Source: Sinorhizobium meliloti (GTDB lineage: Bacteria > Pseudomonadota > Alphaproteobacteria > Rhizobiales > Rhizobiaceae). Taken from it: a stretch of DNA of 32,000 nucleotides. A model generated the notes under the pieces. The model was not told the DNA's origin and searched no databases. It saw nothing but the letters and a program-made list of their open reading frames with translations. Each line of letters opens with the position of its first letter. Positions within the stretch are counted from its first letter, which is position 1. A program made the translations under genes and the position numbers. Below, piece after piece: positions 1 through 10,771 of the stretch. The stretch lies in NCBI RefSeq assembly GCF_017876815.1, contig NZ_JAGIOS010000001.1, positions 2,640,001-2,672,000 of the forward strand, in the 5' to 3' direction.

Positions 1-653
1 AGGCCCGTGAGGCCGGCGAGCTCCTCGAGCCGGACATTACGGGCGAAATTCTCCTCGATGAAATCGACCGCCCGCCGCAATTGCCACGCCGCAAGCTGGC
101 TGCGCTTGCGGCCGCTTCGCTTGCCGATCTTCATGAGATCGATGAAAAGCGCCACCGTAAGACTGTCGCCGTAAAGATCGTGGAGGGGCTGGGGATTGAG
201 GCACTCGGCCGCGATCAGCCCGGCAAGCGTGAGGAAGCGTTCGTCCTGGAACATCAGCCGGGGCGTCTCGATTGCCGCGGCGTCCAGGTCTTCCTTCAGG
301 CGCCTGCCGAGCGCATCGACGTCGAAGTGAAGATCGAGATGCCGGATGTAATGGATGTCCACGACATCGGTCCAGAGCTCCATTCCGGCCGGAATATAGG
401 AGAGGGCCTGCCGATGATAGTTCTGGACGGCACCCTTGCCGTTCGCGGCGAGCTTCACCCTGCAATTGCCGCCGCCCCTGGCATCGAGCACGATGAACAT
501 GCGGGGGTCCTCGGCGACATAATAGCCGCCCGCATGCGGAACGCATTCCACGTCCCAGACATCCGCAACCACACCATTCCACTCTCGGCGGTTGAGACCG
601 CCTATGATCGAAAACCCGCTGATCCTGTTCTGCATGCGCGGCTGGAACGTCAT
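1..653 (-). CDS. AraC-family transcriptional regulator (partial; C-terminus lies beyond the left window edge)
   Basis: Absent from the ORF track because it has no in-window stop. Reverse complement from the ATG at 653 reads MTFQPRMQNRISGFSIIGGLNRREWNGVVADVWDVECVPHAGGYYVAEDPRMFIVLD... (cupin-like sensor part). It ends ...RSQLAAWQLRRAVDFIEENFARNVRLEELAGLTG, which is the typical beginning of an AraC HTH domain. Track ORFs 37..699(-) and 81..713(+) are off-frame shadows of it. Confidence 0.8.
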   Translation of the reverse strand, partial: MTFQPRMQNRISGFSIIGGLNRREWNGVVADVWDVECVPHAGGYYVAEDPRMFIVLDARGGGNCRVKLAANGKGAVQNYHRQALSYIPAGMELWTDVVDIHYIRHLDLHFDVDALGRRLKEDLDAAAIETPRLMFQDERFLTLAGLIAAECLNPQPLHDLYGDSLTVALFIDLMKIGKRSGRKRSQLAAWQLRRAVDFIEENFARNVRLEELAGLTG

Positions 654-878
654 CGTCGCTTTCTCCGGTCCTGCCGGCTACAAGGCAAAACCGCAACAAT
701 CCTTCTCATTTAAGTCAAGTTTATTAGCGCGCAACGCGCGGGTTTTCAATCGCTTCAATGCCAAGGCGCGCGGCCATGCCGGCCGCGCGCCTTGGAATGC
801 CGGAGGGCTGCCGCGAGTCTCCTTCGCCCCGCCTGCGGGGAGAAGGTGGCCGGCAGGCCGGATGAGCGGCAGCACCGT

Positions 879-1606
<728 letters not shown>

Positions 1607-1721
1607 TGCGACTATAGCGGCTGTTTCGCCGCCGTCAAATCTGTGCTGCGACGTGAAAGCAAAAAATCACGACAGAATTTTCCAAGGATTTCACGCCCCT
1701 GAACAATTCATTCCGGCCGCT

Positions 1722-2783
1722 CTATTCGCGGATGACGAGCAGGTCCTTTGCCGCGAAACGCAGCGTGACGCTCTCGCCGGCGACCGGTGGGGTCATGCCC
1801 GGATCGTTGAACATATCGAAGGAGATGATGTCTTTGCCGACCCGCAGCTTGGTGCGGATGACGGAGCCGAGAAAGCTCCTCGATACCACTTCGCCCGGAA
1901 GTGCGGTATCGCCCCTGGCGCCCTCGGCGATCGAGCCTGCTTCCGGCCTGAGCGCCAGCGAGATGCTGTCGCCGCCTTTTGCCCCGGCAATCGGCTCTTT
2001 CAGTGAGATGCGCTGCCCGCCGATGGTGACTGCGCCGCTTGCGGGATCGGCCACCTTGCCCTCGATGATGTTGAGCGTGCCGACGAAGGAGGCGACGAAG
2101 CGTGTCGCCGGGGTGTTGTAGATCTCGAAAGGGGTGCCGATCTGATCGGCGCGGCCGGAATTCATGACGACGATCCGGTCGGAGATCGACAGTGCCTCCT
2201 CCTGGTCGTGCGTCACGAATACCGTGGTGATGCCGAGCTGCTGCTGGATCTGGCGGATCTCCTCCCGCAGCGAGATGCGGATCTTTGCATCGAGCGCGGA
2301 GAGCGGCTCGTCGAGGAGCAGCACCTGCGGCTTGACGGCGAGGGCGCGGGCAAGCGCCACGCGCTGCTGCTGTCCGCCGGACAATTGATAGGGGAAGCGG
2401 TCCGCCAGATGCTCTAGCTTGATCAGTCCGAGCATCTGCTTAACCCGTGCCTCGATCTCCGTTCTGGAGGCGCCGGCGACCTTGAGGCCGAAGGCGACAT
2501 TGTCGTGGACATTCATGTTGGGAAAGAGCGCATAGGCCTGGAACACCATGCCGATATTGCGCTGGTTCGGCTTCAGCGCACCCTGGTCCTTGCCGTCGAT
2601 GAAGATCGAGCCGCCGGACGGGGTCTCGAAGCCGGCAATCATGCGCAGGATGGTCGTCTTGCCGCAGCCGGAGGGGCCGAGAAAGGAGACGAACTCGCCC
2701 TTGTCGATCCCCATGTCGAAATTATGCACGACCTGAACCGGGCCGAAGGATTTCTGAATATTGGTCAATTGCAGGAATGCCAT
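1722..2783 (-). CDS. ABC transporter ATP-binding protein (PotA/MalK-like, with C-terminal TOBE-like region)
   Basis: Walker A GPSGCGKTT, signature LSGGQQQRVALARAL, Walker B LLLDEPLSALD. Last gene of the transporter operon. Confidence 0.9.
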   Translation of the reverse strand: MAFLQLTNIQKSFGPVQVVHNFDMGIDKGEFVSFLGPSGCGKTTILRMIAGFETPSGGSIFIDGKDQGALKPNQRNIGMVFQAYALFPNMNVHDNVAFGLKVAGASRTEIEARVKQMLGLIKLEHLADRFPYQLSGGQQQRVALARALAVKPQVLLLDEPLSALDAKIRISLREEIRQIQQQLGITTVFVTHDQEEALSISDRIVVMNSGRADQIGTPFEIYNTPATRFVASFVGTLNIIEGKVADPASGAVTIGGQRISLKEPIAGAKGGDSISLALRPEAGSIAEGARGDTALPGEVVSRSFLGSVIRTKLRVGKDIISFDMFNDPGMTPPVAGESVTLRFAAKDLLVIRE

Positions 2784-2787
2784 GTGA

Positions 2788-3576
2788 TCAAGCCTTGGCC
2801 GGAGCGGATTTCTGGAAGCGCGACACGAGCTGGATCAGTCCCATGCTGAGCCAGGTGATCGCGAATGCGATGACGGCGAGCGCCGAAGGCTCATAGGCCT
2901 TGTTGGCGCCGACGAGCTGCAGGTAGGGGCCGAAGGCGGGGCGGTTGAGCAGCGCCGCCATAGTGAATTCGCCCATGACGATCGCGAAGGTGATGAAGGC
3001 CCCGGAAAGCACGCCGCTCATCACATTCGGGAAAATGCAGCGGAATAGGATCGTCGGCCACTTGGCGCCAAGGCTTTCCGCGGCCTCCGTCAGCGTCCTG
3101 ACATCGATGGCCCGCATCGCCGTGTCGACGGCGCGGTACATATAGGGAAGAGACAGCGTCATGTAGGAGAACATCAGGAGCGCGTTGGTGCCTGAAGTGG
3201 AGCCGGTCAGCGGCAGGAACGATGAGGAATTATAGAGTCTGAGATAACCGAAGACGATGACGATCGCAGGAATGACGAGCGGCAGCAGGGTGATGAACTC
3301 GATGACGGGGCGGACCTGCGGCAGGCGCAGCCGCACCCAATAGGCGGTCGGCACCACCAGCAGCATGCCGAAGATGATCGTGAAAAACGCCATCAGCATC
3401 GAATAGCCGAAGGTCTCGCGAAACTGGAAGTCGGAGAAGACCGACCGGTAGGCGTCGAAGGAATAGGCATCGCGGCGCATGCGCAGCGAGAATTCCAGCG
3501 TGCCGAGCAGCGGAATGATGAAATAGCTCGCCCCGATGGCGATGGCGATCCAGGCGCCGAGACGTCTTGCCTTCAT
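2788..3576 (-). CDS. ABC transporter permease (PotC-like)
   Basis: Polytopic hydrophobic protein in track ORF 2788..3585. The ATG at 3576 forms an ATGA overlap with the stop of the upstream permease, so it is preferred over the GTG at 3585. Confidence 0.85.
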   Translation of the reverse strand: MKARRLGAWIAIAIGASYFIIPLLGTLEFSLRMRRDAYSFDAYRSVFSDFQFRETFGYSMLMAFFTIIFGMLLVVPTAYWVRLRLPQVRPVIEFITLLPLVIPAIVIVFGYLRLYNSSSFLPLTGSTSGTNALLMFSYMTLSLPYMYRAVDTAMRAIDVRTLTEAAESLGAKWPTILFRCIFPNVMSGVLSGAFITFAIVMGEFTMAALLNRPAFGPYLQLVGANKAYEPSALAVIAFAITWLSMGLIQLVSRFQKSAPAKA

Positions 3577-4502
3577 TTCTGCCACCGTTCGGCGCGCATC
3601 CGCAGCCAGATGTAGAGAATATTGGAGATGCCGGTGATGACGATCATGCCGAGCGCCAGCGCATAGCCAAGGTTCGGATTATGGAGCACGTCGCCGCGGA
3701 TCTGCGCATAGAGCAGGATCGGCACGATATTGAGCGAACTGCCGGTCAGCGCGTAGGCGGTGGCGATCGCGCCGAAGGCGTTGGCGAAGAGCAGGAGCGT
3801 CGTGCCGAGCAGGCTCGGCCAGAGGATCGGCAACGCCACCATGCGCCAATATTGCCAGGTGGAGGCGCCGAGAATTTCGGAAGCTTCGCGCCATTCCTTC
3901 TTCATGCCGTCCAGTGCCGGCGTCAGGATCAGAACCATCAGCGGGATCTGGAAATACATGTAGGTGATGGTGAGGCCGAGGAAGCTCAGGAGGTTGAAGC
4001 CGGTCGAATAGAGGTTGAAGCCGAACCAGTCGCGCAGAAACACGGTGACGAGCCCGGTGCGGCCGAGGGTCGCGAGAAAGGCGAAGGCGAGCGGAACGCC
4101 CGCGAAGTTGGAAGCGACGCCGGAAAAGGTAAGGAGGCCGGAACGGATCCACTTCGGCATGCCGCCGAGCACGATGGCCCAGGCAAGAAAGAAGCCGATG
4201 AGGGCGCCGCCGAGCGAGGAGGCGACCGACACCCGGATCGAGATCCAGTAGGCGGAGAGGATCGACGGGGTGAAGAGGTCGGCGATGTTCTTGAAGGTGA
4301 ATTCGCCCGCCGGCGTCAGAAAGGCGCCGGTGACGAGATAGAGCGTCGGGACGACCAGGAACATCAGCGCGAAAATCATGAAGGGTGCAATACCCAGCCA
4401 GTCGATAATCGCTCGTTTGCTGATCAGAGGTGCTGCTGCTGTTGTCGTGGTCATAAAGCTTTCGGCTGTCCCGGCATCGGAGGAAAATGACCTCCCCGCC
4501 AC
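3573..4502 (-). CDS. ABC transporter permease (PotB-like)
   Basis: Polytopic membrane protein in track ORF 3573..4502. The start is ambiguous between the GTG at 4502 and the ATG at 4454 (MTTTTAAAPLISK...). Confidence 0.8.
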   Translation of the reverse strand: MAGRSFSSDAGTAESFMTTTTAAAPLISKRAIIDWLGIAPFMIFALMFLVVPTLYLVTGAFLTPAGEFTFKNIADLFTPSILSAYWISIRVSVASSLGGALIGFFLAWAIVLGGMPKWIRSGLLTFSGVASNFAGVPLAFAFLATLGRTGLVTVFLRDWFGFNLYSTGFNLLSFLGLTITYMYFQIPLMVLILTPALDGMKKEWREASEILGASTWQYWRMVALPILWPSLLGTTLLLFANAFGAIATAYALTGSSLNIVPILLYAQIRGDVLHNPNLGYALALGMIVITGISNILYIWLRMRAERWQK

Positions 4503-4531
4503 GTATGAGGCGGGGAGGCACGCAATGGCAG

Positions 4532-5635
4532 TTACTGCACGCTCGCGCCGACGACGCTATCCCACTTGGTGGTGATCGCTTCCTTGCCCTTGGCCTGCTC
4601 GTCGAGTGTCGGGAACACGGCCTTTTCGTAGGATTCGGCCGGCGGCAGCTTGTCGAGCATCTCCTTCGGAACCTTGCCGTTCTTGACGAGGTCGTTGAAG
4701 CGGATCGGGTGGCAATAGCCCTTCAGCCAGCCGAGCTGACCTTCGTCCGAATAGAGATACTCCATCCAGAGCTTGGCGGCGTTCGGATGCGGAGCGAAGG
4801 CGGAGATCGCCTGCACATAGACGCCGGCGACGACGCCGGAGGCCGGGACGACGACTTCGACCGGCGGGTTGCCGTTCAGGCTGTCGCGCCAGGAGAGGCC
4901 GTTATAGTCCCAGGCGATGATGATCGGCGTCGAGCCCTGCGCAAGCGAGGCGGACTTGCCGATGACCGGGACGAAGTTGCCGGCCTTGTTGACCTCGGCG
5001 AAGAACGCCAGGCCGGCTTCGCCGGCCTTGGCCGCATCCGTTTCACCGGCCGCAAGGCCGGCGGCGTAGACCGCCTGCACCGCCTGGTTGGATGCGCGCG
5101 GATCGCCGGCGAGTGCGACCGAGTTCGCATAGTCGGACTTCTTGAGGTCCGCCCAGTCCTTCGGCACGTCCTTGACGATATCGGTGTTCACCACGAAGGA
5201 GAGAACGCCGTAATAGTCGCCGTACCAATAGCCTTCCGGATCCTTGGCCGTGTCCGGGATCGTGTCCCAGGTCGACACTTTATAGGGTTGAATCAGGCCT
5301 TCGGCCTTGGCCGAGGGGCCGAAAGAGAGGCCGACGTCGATGACGTCGGGGGCCTGCGGGCCGGTGTTGCCCTTGTTGGCCTTGATCGCCTCGATCTCGT
5401 CGCCGGAGCCCGCATCCGGGTTCAGTTCGTTGACTTCGATGCCGTATTTGGCCTTGAAGCCGGCGATCACGTCGCCGTACCCGCACCAATTGTGCGGGAG
5501 CGCGATTGTCGTCAGCGTGCCTTCCTTCTTGGCGGCTGCGATGAGCTCTTCGCTCGGCTCGGCAACGGCTGCTGCCGTGGTTGCGAGCAGCATGGCGGTC
5601 GAAAGCGAGAGCAGGCGTTGAGTCCTTGAAATCAC
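4532..5635 (-). CDS. ABC transporter periplasmic solute-binding protein
   Basis: Track ORF 4532..5794, trimmed to the GTG at 5635. AAGGAG lies 6 nt upstream. This start gives a signal peptide VISRTQRLLSLSTAMLLATTAAAVAEP. The remainder resembles extracellular solute-binding proteins of the polyamine/Fe3+ type. Confidence 0.8.
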   Translation of the reverse strand: MISRTQRLLSLSTAMLLATTAAAVAEPSEELIAAAKKEGTLTTIALPHNWCGYGDVIAGFKAKYGIEVNELNPDAGSGDEIEAIKANKGNTGPQAPDVIDVGLSFGPSAKAEGLIQPYKVSTWDTIPDTAKDPEGYWYGDYYGVLSFVVNTDIVKDVPKDWADLKKSDYANSVALAGDPRASNQAVQAVYAAGLAAGETDAAKAGEAGLAFFAEVNKAGNFVPVIGKSASLAQGSTPIIIAWDYNGLSWRDSLNGNPPVEVVVPASGVVAGVYVQAISAFAPHPNAAKLWMEYLYSDEGQLGWLKGYCHPIRFNDLVKNGKVPKEMLDKLPPAESYEKAVFPTLDEQAKGKEAITTKWDSVVGASVQ

Positions 5636-5820
5636 TGGCGTTCTCCTTATTGGGTTTTCAGTCAATTTCGCCGATGCAGTTAAAGATATGCGATGAAGCC
5701 TATGTGACAGGCTTTGTCCCGTCTGCGGCAGATATGTCGGCTTCGGATCAATCCGCTCCGGTTGCATTCGAAAGTCGCCTGAATGCTCTTCCATCAGGAA
5801 TTCAAGCCGCCGGAGCCCTC

Positions 5821-6678
5821 CTAGACCGGCTTTCGGAAAATGCGGGTCGAATCGAAAAGGCCCTCCAGCGTCTTCATCCGGCCCCGGGTTTCATCCCAGT
5901 TCGAGCTCTGCACGGCCTCGACCAGCGCCTCCACGAGGAAGAGCAGCATGACCGAACTGTCCCAGGCCGAGGGAACCTCGATCCGGGCGCGGAAGACCTT
6001 GGACGAAGACTTGGCGACGGGAGAGCCCCACTGGTCGGTAAAAAGGATGATCTCGACGCCGCGGTTGCGGGCGAAGCGGGCGAGCGTTTCCATCTCCTGC
6101 TCGTAGCGGCGGATATCGAACAGGATCAGGACGTCTCCCGCCTTCATGTCGAGCACGTAGTGCGGCCACGAACTCGGATTGGCGGCGATCTGCGTCACCC
6201 CGGTGCGGATGACCTGGAGATGGGTGAAGAGATAGTCCGCAATCGAGCGGGTGATGCGCCCGCCGACGAGATAGACCTTGCGTTTCAGGTCGGCGACGAG
6301 TGCTGCGGCCGTGTCGAACTCCGCCGGCTCGATCTGCGACAGCGTCTGGCGCATATTGCCCATGATCGCGTCGGCGAAGCGGTTGAGCGTATGGGTTCCC
6401 GGCGCGCTGGCCGCCCAGCGATCATGTTTCGCGATGGGATTGGAGATCGTCGCCTCGAGCTCCTGGTGGAGTCGCGCCTGGAAGTCCGGGAAACCGCGAA
6501 AACCGAGTTTCTGGACCATGCGGGCGACCGTCGGCGTCGAAACGCCGGCGTTCTCGGCGACCGTGGTGATCGAACCGAGACCGGAGACCGGGTAGTTGTC
6601 GAGAAGTGTCTCCGCCAACTGCCTTTCGGCGCGCGTCAGCGCGGCGAAATGTGCGTTGATCACATCCGACACCGTCAT
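5821..6678 (-). CDS. RpiR/MurR-family transcriptional regulator (HTH + SIS domain)
   Basis: MTVSDVINAHFAALTRAERQLAETLLDNYPVSGLGSITTVAENAGVSTPTVARMVQKLGF is a typical HTH_6 N-terminus, followed by a SIS-like region (VYLVGGRITRSIADYL). The ATG at 6678 is preferred over the TTG at 6699. Confidence 0.85.
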   Translation of the reverse strand: MTVSDVINAHFAALTRAERQLAETLLDNYPVSGLGSITTVAENAGVSTPTVARMVQKLGFRGFPDFQARLHQELEATISNPIAKHDRWAASAPGTHTLNRFADAIMGNMRQTLSQIEPAEFDTAAALVADLKRKVYLVGGRITRSIADYLFTHLQVIRTGVTQIAANPSSWPHYVLDMKAGDVLILFDIRRYEQEMETLARFARNRGVEIILFTDQWGSPVAKSSSKVFRARIEVPSAWDSSVMLLFLVEALVEAVQSSNWDETRGRMKTLEGLFDSTRIFRKPV

Positions 6679-6817
6679 GGAAGCCGTGTTGCCGTTCAAT
6701 GTTCGCCCCTCGGCCGGTCTTTGCCAGCTTGTAAGAAATTAAACATCGCTGTCACAATCGGAGTCAATCGCAATTTTGAAAAGATCGTTTCAGTTTTCCA
6801 TTGACACCTGCCGATTC

Positions 6818-6835
6818 GTGAAGAATTCTCTTCAC
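6818..6835. promoter_or_regulatory. Inverted repeat GTGAAGA-N4-TCTTCAC in the divergent rpiR / amidohydrolase intergenic region (candidate operator)
   Basis: Read directly: gtgaaga attc tcttcac. A TTGACA-like hexamer lies at 6801. TCACAATC occurs twice (about 6749 and about 6832). Confidence 0.3.
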
Positions 6836-6869
6836 AATCATCGTCTGACGAGGCATTGGGGAGCCGGTT

Positions 6870-7643
6870 TTGACGGGACTTTTGACTGAGGCAGAGGGCG
6901 ACCCGGTCGCGATCGAGAATGCGCAAGCGAAGGGAGAATTCCTCTTCGTCTGCGAGCATGCCTCGAACCGCATGCCCGAGAGTTTGGGAACGCTCGGGCT
7001 CTCGAAAGAGGCGCTCGAGAGTCATGTCGCCTGGGATCCCGGCGCACTGGCGGTCTCCCGATTGCTCTGCGAGAAGCTCGACGGCACGCTGATCCACCAA
7101 CGCTTTTCGCGGCTCGCCTATGACTGCAACAGGCCGCCGGAGTCCGACGCGGCGATGCCTGTTCTCAGCGAAGTCTATGACGTGCCCGGCAACAGGAGCA
7201 TGTCGGCGGCAGAGCGGCGTTCGCGGGTGGAGGAGATCTATCTGCCGTTTCACGAGGCCGTCACGCGCGCGGTTGCAGACCGCAAGGCCGCGGGCAGGCG
7301 GCCGGTTCTCGTGACGATGCATAGTTTCACTCCGATCTATTTCGGCAAGCCGCGGACAGTCGAGTTAGGCATTCTGCACGATGCCGACGGCCGGCTCGCA
7401 GACGGCATGCTTGCCGCCGCAGCCATCGGCGAGGCGGGATACGACGTCCGCCGCAACGAGCCTTACGGGCCGGCCGACGGTGTGACGCACAGCCTGATCG
7501 AATACGGCATCCGCTTCGGCGTGCCGAACGTCATGATCGAGATCCGCAACGATCTCATCCGCGATAAAATCGGCCAAAGGGTCATGGCCGATTATCTGGC
7601 GGGGCTGCTCGCGAAGAGCGTAGCTGCCCTTCCGGCGCACTAG
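6870..7643 (+). CDS. N-formylglutamate amidohydrolase (FGase) family protein
   Basis: FLFVCEHASNRMP...AWDPGA...YDCNRP...LPFHEAV...VTMHSFTP...ILHDADGRLA are characteristic FGase-family blocks. TTG start with GGGGAG 6 nt upstream. Confidence 0.75.
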   Translation: MTGLLTEAEGDPVAIENAQAKGEFLFVCEHASNRMPESLGTLGLSKEALESHVAWDPGALAVSRLLCEKLDGTLIHQRFSRLAYDCNRPPESDAAMPVLSEVYDVPGNRSMSAAERRSRVEEIYLPFHEAVTRAVADRKAAGRRPVLVTMHSFTPIYFGKPRTVELGILHDADGRLADGMLAAAAIGEAGYDVRRNEPYGPADGVTHSLIEYGIRFGVPNVMIEIRNDLIRDKIGQRVMADYLAGLLAKSVAALPAH

Positions 7644-7751
7644 AAGACCCTGGGGGAGCGGCCAAAGCCGCGGTGCTGCTCCGGTTTCCGGAGCAGGGTG
7701 ACATGATCTTCCGCAATGGCGCGGCGGGTCTTGGAGAAACAGGGGAAAAGG

Positions 7752-9299
7752 ATGTCAGACTACACCGAAGTCGATAAGAAGCAGGATATGCAGATCCTGC
7801 ATTCGATGGGCTATGCCCAGGAACTCGAACGGCGAATGAGCCAGTTCTCGAATTTCGCCGTCTCCTTCTCGATCATCTGCATTCTGTCGGGCGGCATCAA
7901 CTCGCTGGCGCAGGCGACATCCGGGGCGGGAGGCGCCGCGATCGGCATCGGCTGGCCGCTCGGATGCTTCATCTCGTTCGTCTTCGCGGTCGCCATGGCG
8001 CAGATCAGCTCGGCCTATCCGACCGCCGGCGGCCTCTATCACTGGGGTTCGATCCTCGGCAACCGCTTTACCGGCTGGCTGACCGCATGGTTCAATTTGC
8101 TCGGTCTGGTCACCGTTCTCGGCGCCATCAATGTCGGCACCTATTATTTCTTCATGGGCTCGTTCGGAACGCCTTACTTCGGTCTCGAGGACACGACGAT
8201 GACGCGCATCGTCTTCCTGGCGATCATCACCGGCGCGCAGGCGCTGGTAAACCATATGGGCATCGGACTGACGGCGAAACTCACCGACTTCTCGGGCTAT
8301 CTGATCTTCGTTACCGCCATTCTCCTGGCGCTGGTCTGCCTTGCCGCTGCCGACACTTACGAGATCAGCCGCCTTTTCACCTTCTCCAATTATTCGGGCG
8401 AGACGGGCGGCAATGTGTGGCCGCAAACCTCGGGAACCTGGGTGTTCCTTCTCGGGCTGCTGCTGCCGATCTACACGATCACCGGCTATGACGCGTCGGC
8501 CCACACCTCGGAGGAAACGGTGAAGGCCGCACATTCCGTGCCGCGCGGCATGATCTCCTCGGTGCTCTGGGCGGCTCTTTTCGGCTACATCATGCTTTGC
8601 TCCTTCGTGTTGATGATTCCTGACATGGACGAGGCGGCCAAGCAGGGCTGGAACGTGTTCTTCTGGGCGATGGATGCGCAGGTCAATCCGATCATCAAGG
8701 ACGTTCTCTACCTCGCCATTTTCGTCAGTCAGTGGCTGTGCGGGCTGGCGACGGTTACCTCGGTTTCCCGCATGATCTTCGCCTTCTCGCGGGACGGCGG
8801 CCTGCCGGCTTCCAAGGCTCTTTCAAAGGTGAGCCCGACCTATCGCACCCCTGTGGCGGCCATCTGGACGGGCTCCATTCTTGCGGTGCTCTTCGTCTGG
8901 GGATCGTCGCTCGTCTCCATCGGCGACACGCCGGTTTACACGATCGTCGTCTCCTGCACCGTCATCTTCCTCTTCTTCTCCTTCGCGATCCCGATCACCC
9001 TGGGTCTGTTCGCCTGGGGAACCTCGAAGTGGGACAAGATGGGGCCGTGGAATCTCGGTGAGGGCATGTTCAAGCTCTTCGCGATCCTTTCTATCGTCGC
9101 CATGGTGCTGATCTTCGTCCTCGGCATTCAGCCGCCGAACGATTGGGCGCTCTACATCACCGTCGGCTTCCTGATCGTGACGGGCATCATCTGGTTCGCC
9201 TTCGAAAACCGCCGTTTCCGCGGTCCGCCGATCGGCGACGAGGTTGCGCGCCGCCAGGCGGAGATTGCCGCTGCCGAAAAGGCGGTCGGCGAAGCCTGA
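7752..9299 (+). CDS. APC-superfamily amino acid / amine permease
   Basis: About 12 hydrophobic segments and an N-terminal ...LERRMSQFSNFAVSFSIICILSG motif typical of APC permeases. The ATG at 7752 is preceded by GGGGAAAAGG. Confidence 0.85.
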   Translation: MSDYTEVDKKQDMQILHSMGYAQELERRMSQFSNFAVSFSIICILSGGINSLAQATSGAGGAAIGIGWPLGCFISFVFAVAMAQISSAYPTAGGLYHWGSILGNRFTGWLTAWFNLLGLVTVLGAINVGTYYFFMGSFGTPYFGLEDTTMTRIVFLAIITGAQALVNHMGIGLTAKLTDFSGYLIFVTAILLALVCLAAADTYEISRLFTFSNYSGETGGNVWPQTSGTWVFLLGLLLPIYTITGYDASAHTSEETVKAAHSVPRGMISSVLWAALFGYIMLCSFVLMIPDMDEAAKQGWNVFFWAMDAQVNPIIKDVLYLAIFVSQWLCGLATVTSVSRMIFAFSRDGGLPASKALSKVSPTYRTPVAAIWTGSILAVLFVWGSSLVSIGDTPVYTIVVSCTVIFLFFSFAIPITLGLFAWGTSKWDKMGPWNLGEGMFKLFAILSIVAMVLIFVLGIQPPNDWALYITVGFLIVTGIIWFAFENRRFRGPPIGDEVARRQAEIAAAEKAVGEA

Positions 9300-9391
9300 A
9301 CAATAACAAGAGAGTGGGGGTCGCGACCGCGATCCCCGCTTCGTTTCGCGGTTCAAGGGAACGGCCGCGCCGAACATGGGATGACACTTTC

Positions 9392-10756
9392 ATGAGCTAT
9401 TCGTTCGAGGAACTGAAAGAGGATGTTGCCGCCGGGCGCATCGACACGGTGCTCGCCTGTCAGGTGGACATGCAGGGCCGCCTGATGGGCAAGCGTTTTC
9501 ATGCGGAATACTTCGTGGAAAGCGCGTGGAAGGAAACGCATAGCTGCAACTACCTGCTTGCGACGGACATGGAGATGGAGACCGTGCCCGGCTACAAGGC
9601 GACGAGCTGGGAGAAAGGTTACGGCGACTACACGATGAAGCCCGACCTTTCGACGCTCCGGCGCATTCCGTGGCTCGAAGGCACGGCGCTGGTTCTCTGC
9701 GACATGCTGGACCATGACACGCATGCGGAGGTGCCGCATTCGCCGCGCGCCATCCTGAAGAAGCAGGTGGCGCGCCTCGAAGCCATGGGCTTCAAGGCCT
9801 ATATGGCGAGCGAGCTCGAATTCTTCCTCTTCGATCAGTCCTATGACGATGCGCGGCTCTCAGGATATCGCGACCTGCAGCTCGCCAGCGGTTACAACGA
9901 GGACTACCACATCTTCCAGACGACCAAGGAAGAGGATGTGATGCGGGCGATCCGCAACGGCCTTCAGGGAGCCGGGATCCCGGTCGAGAACTCCAAGGGC
10001 GAGGCGTCCGCCGGCCAGGAGGAGATCAATGTCCGTTACGCCGACGCCCTGACGATGGCCGACCGGCATGCGATCATCAAGAACGGCTGCAAGGAAATCG
10101 CCTGGCAGCGCGGCAAGGCGATCACCTTCCTCGCCAAGTGGAACTACTCGGCCGCCGGCTCCTCGTCGCACATCCACCAGTCGCTCTGGAGCAAGGACGG
10201 CGAAACGCCGCTGTTCTTCGACAAGAACGGGCAGTACGGCATGTCCGAGCTCATGCGCCACTATGTGGCCGGTCAGCTCGCCCATGCGAGCGAGGTCACC
10301 TATTTCCTGGCGCCCTATATCAACTCCTACAAGCGCTTCATGGCCGGTACCTTCGCTCCGACCAAGGCGATCTGGAGCAAGGACAACCGCACCGCCGGCT
10401 ATCGCCTCTGCGGCGAGGGCAGCAAGGCAATCCGCATCGAATGCCGCGTCGGCGGCTCCGATCTCAATCCGTATCTTGCCTTTGCCGCCCTGATCGCGGC
10501 CGGCATTGCCGGCATCGAGAACAAGATGGAACTGGAGGCGCCGTTCGTGGGCGACGCCTATCAGGGCAAGGAGGTGCGCGAGATCCCGCATACGCTGAGA
10601 GAGGCGGGCGAGGCGCTCTCCGGCTCGAAGATGCTGCGCGCCGCTTTCGGCGAAGAGGTCGTAGACCATTATGTGCACGCCGCAGAATGGGAGCAGCAGG
10701 AATATGACCGGCGGGTGACCGATTGGGAGGTCGCGCGCGGGTTCGAAAGGGCGTAA
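9392..10756 (+). CDS. Glutamine synthetase family protein (gamma-glutamyl-amine ligase-like, PuuA/GlnT-like)
   Basis: MSYSFEELKEDVAAGRIDTVLACQVDMQGRLMGKRF..., ...GEASAGQEEINVRY... and ...NSYKRF...NRTAGYR... are GS catalytic-domain blocks. The N-terminal 83 codons of track ORF 9143..10756 overlap the permease and are rejected. Confidence 0.8.
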   Translation: MSYSFEELKEDVAAGRIDTVLACQVDMQGRLMGKRFHAEYFVESAWKETHSCNYLLATDMEMETVPGYKATSWEKGYGDYTMKPDLSTLRRIPWLEGTALVLCDMLDHDTHAEVPHSPRAILKKQVARLEAMGFKAYMASELEFFLFDQSYDDARLSGYRDLQLASGYNEDYHIFQTTKEEDVMRAIRNGLQGAGIPVENSKGEASAGQEEINVRYADALTMADRHAIIKNGCKEIAWQRGKAITFLAKWNYSAAGSSSHIHQSLWSKDGETPLFFDKNGQYGMSELMRHYVAGQLAHASEVTYFLAPYINSYKRFMAGTFAPTKAIWSKDNRTAGYRLCGEGSKAIRIECRVGGSDLNPYLAFAALIAAGIAGIENKMELEAPFVGDAYQGKEVREIPHTLREAGEALSGSKMLRAAFGEEVVDHYVHAAEWEQQEYDRRVTDWEVARGFERA

Positions 10757-10771
10757 GTTTTTGCGGCTTTA

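Noticed and set aside
37-713. Track ORFs 37..699(-) and 81..713(+), 210-220 aa each
   Set aside because: Both are Arg/Pro/Gly-rich frames overlapping a third frame on the minus strand that reads as a clean AraC-family protein. These are typical high-GC shadow ORFs.
3567-6804. Long plus-strand ORFs 3567..4490, 4487..5629 and 5581..6804 opposite the transporter and RpiR genes
   Set aside because: Their translations are low complexity (runs of R, G, D, E, A) and lie antisense to genes with clear family motifs. They arise from the lack of stop codons in high-GC antisense frames.
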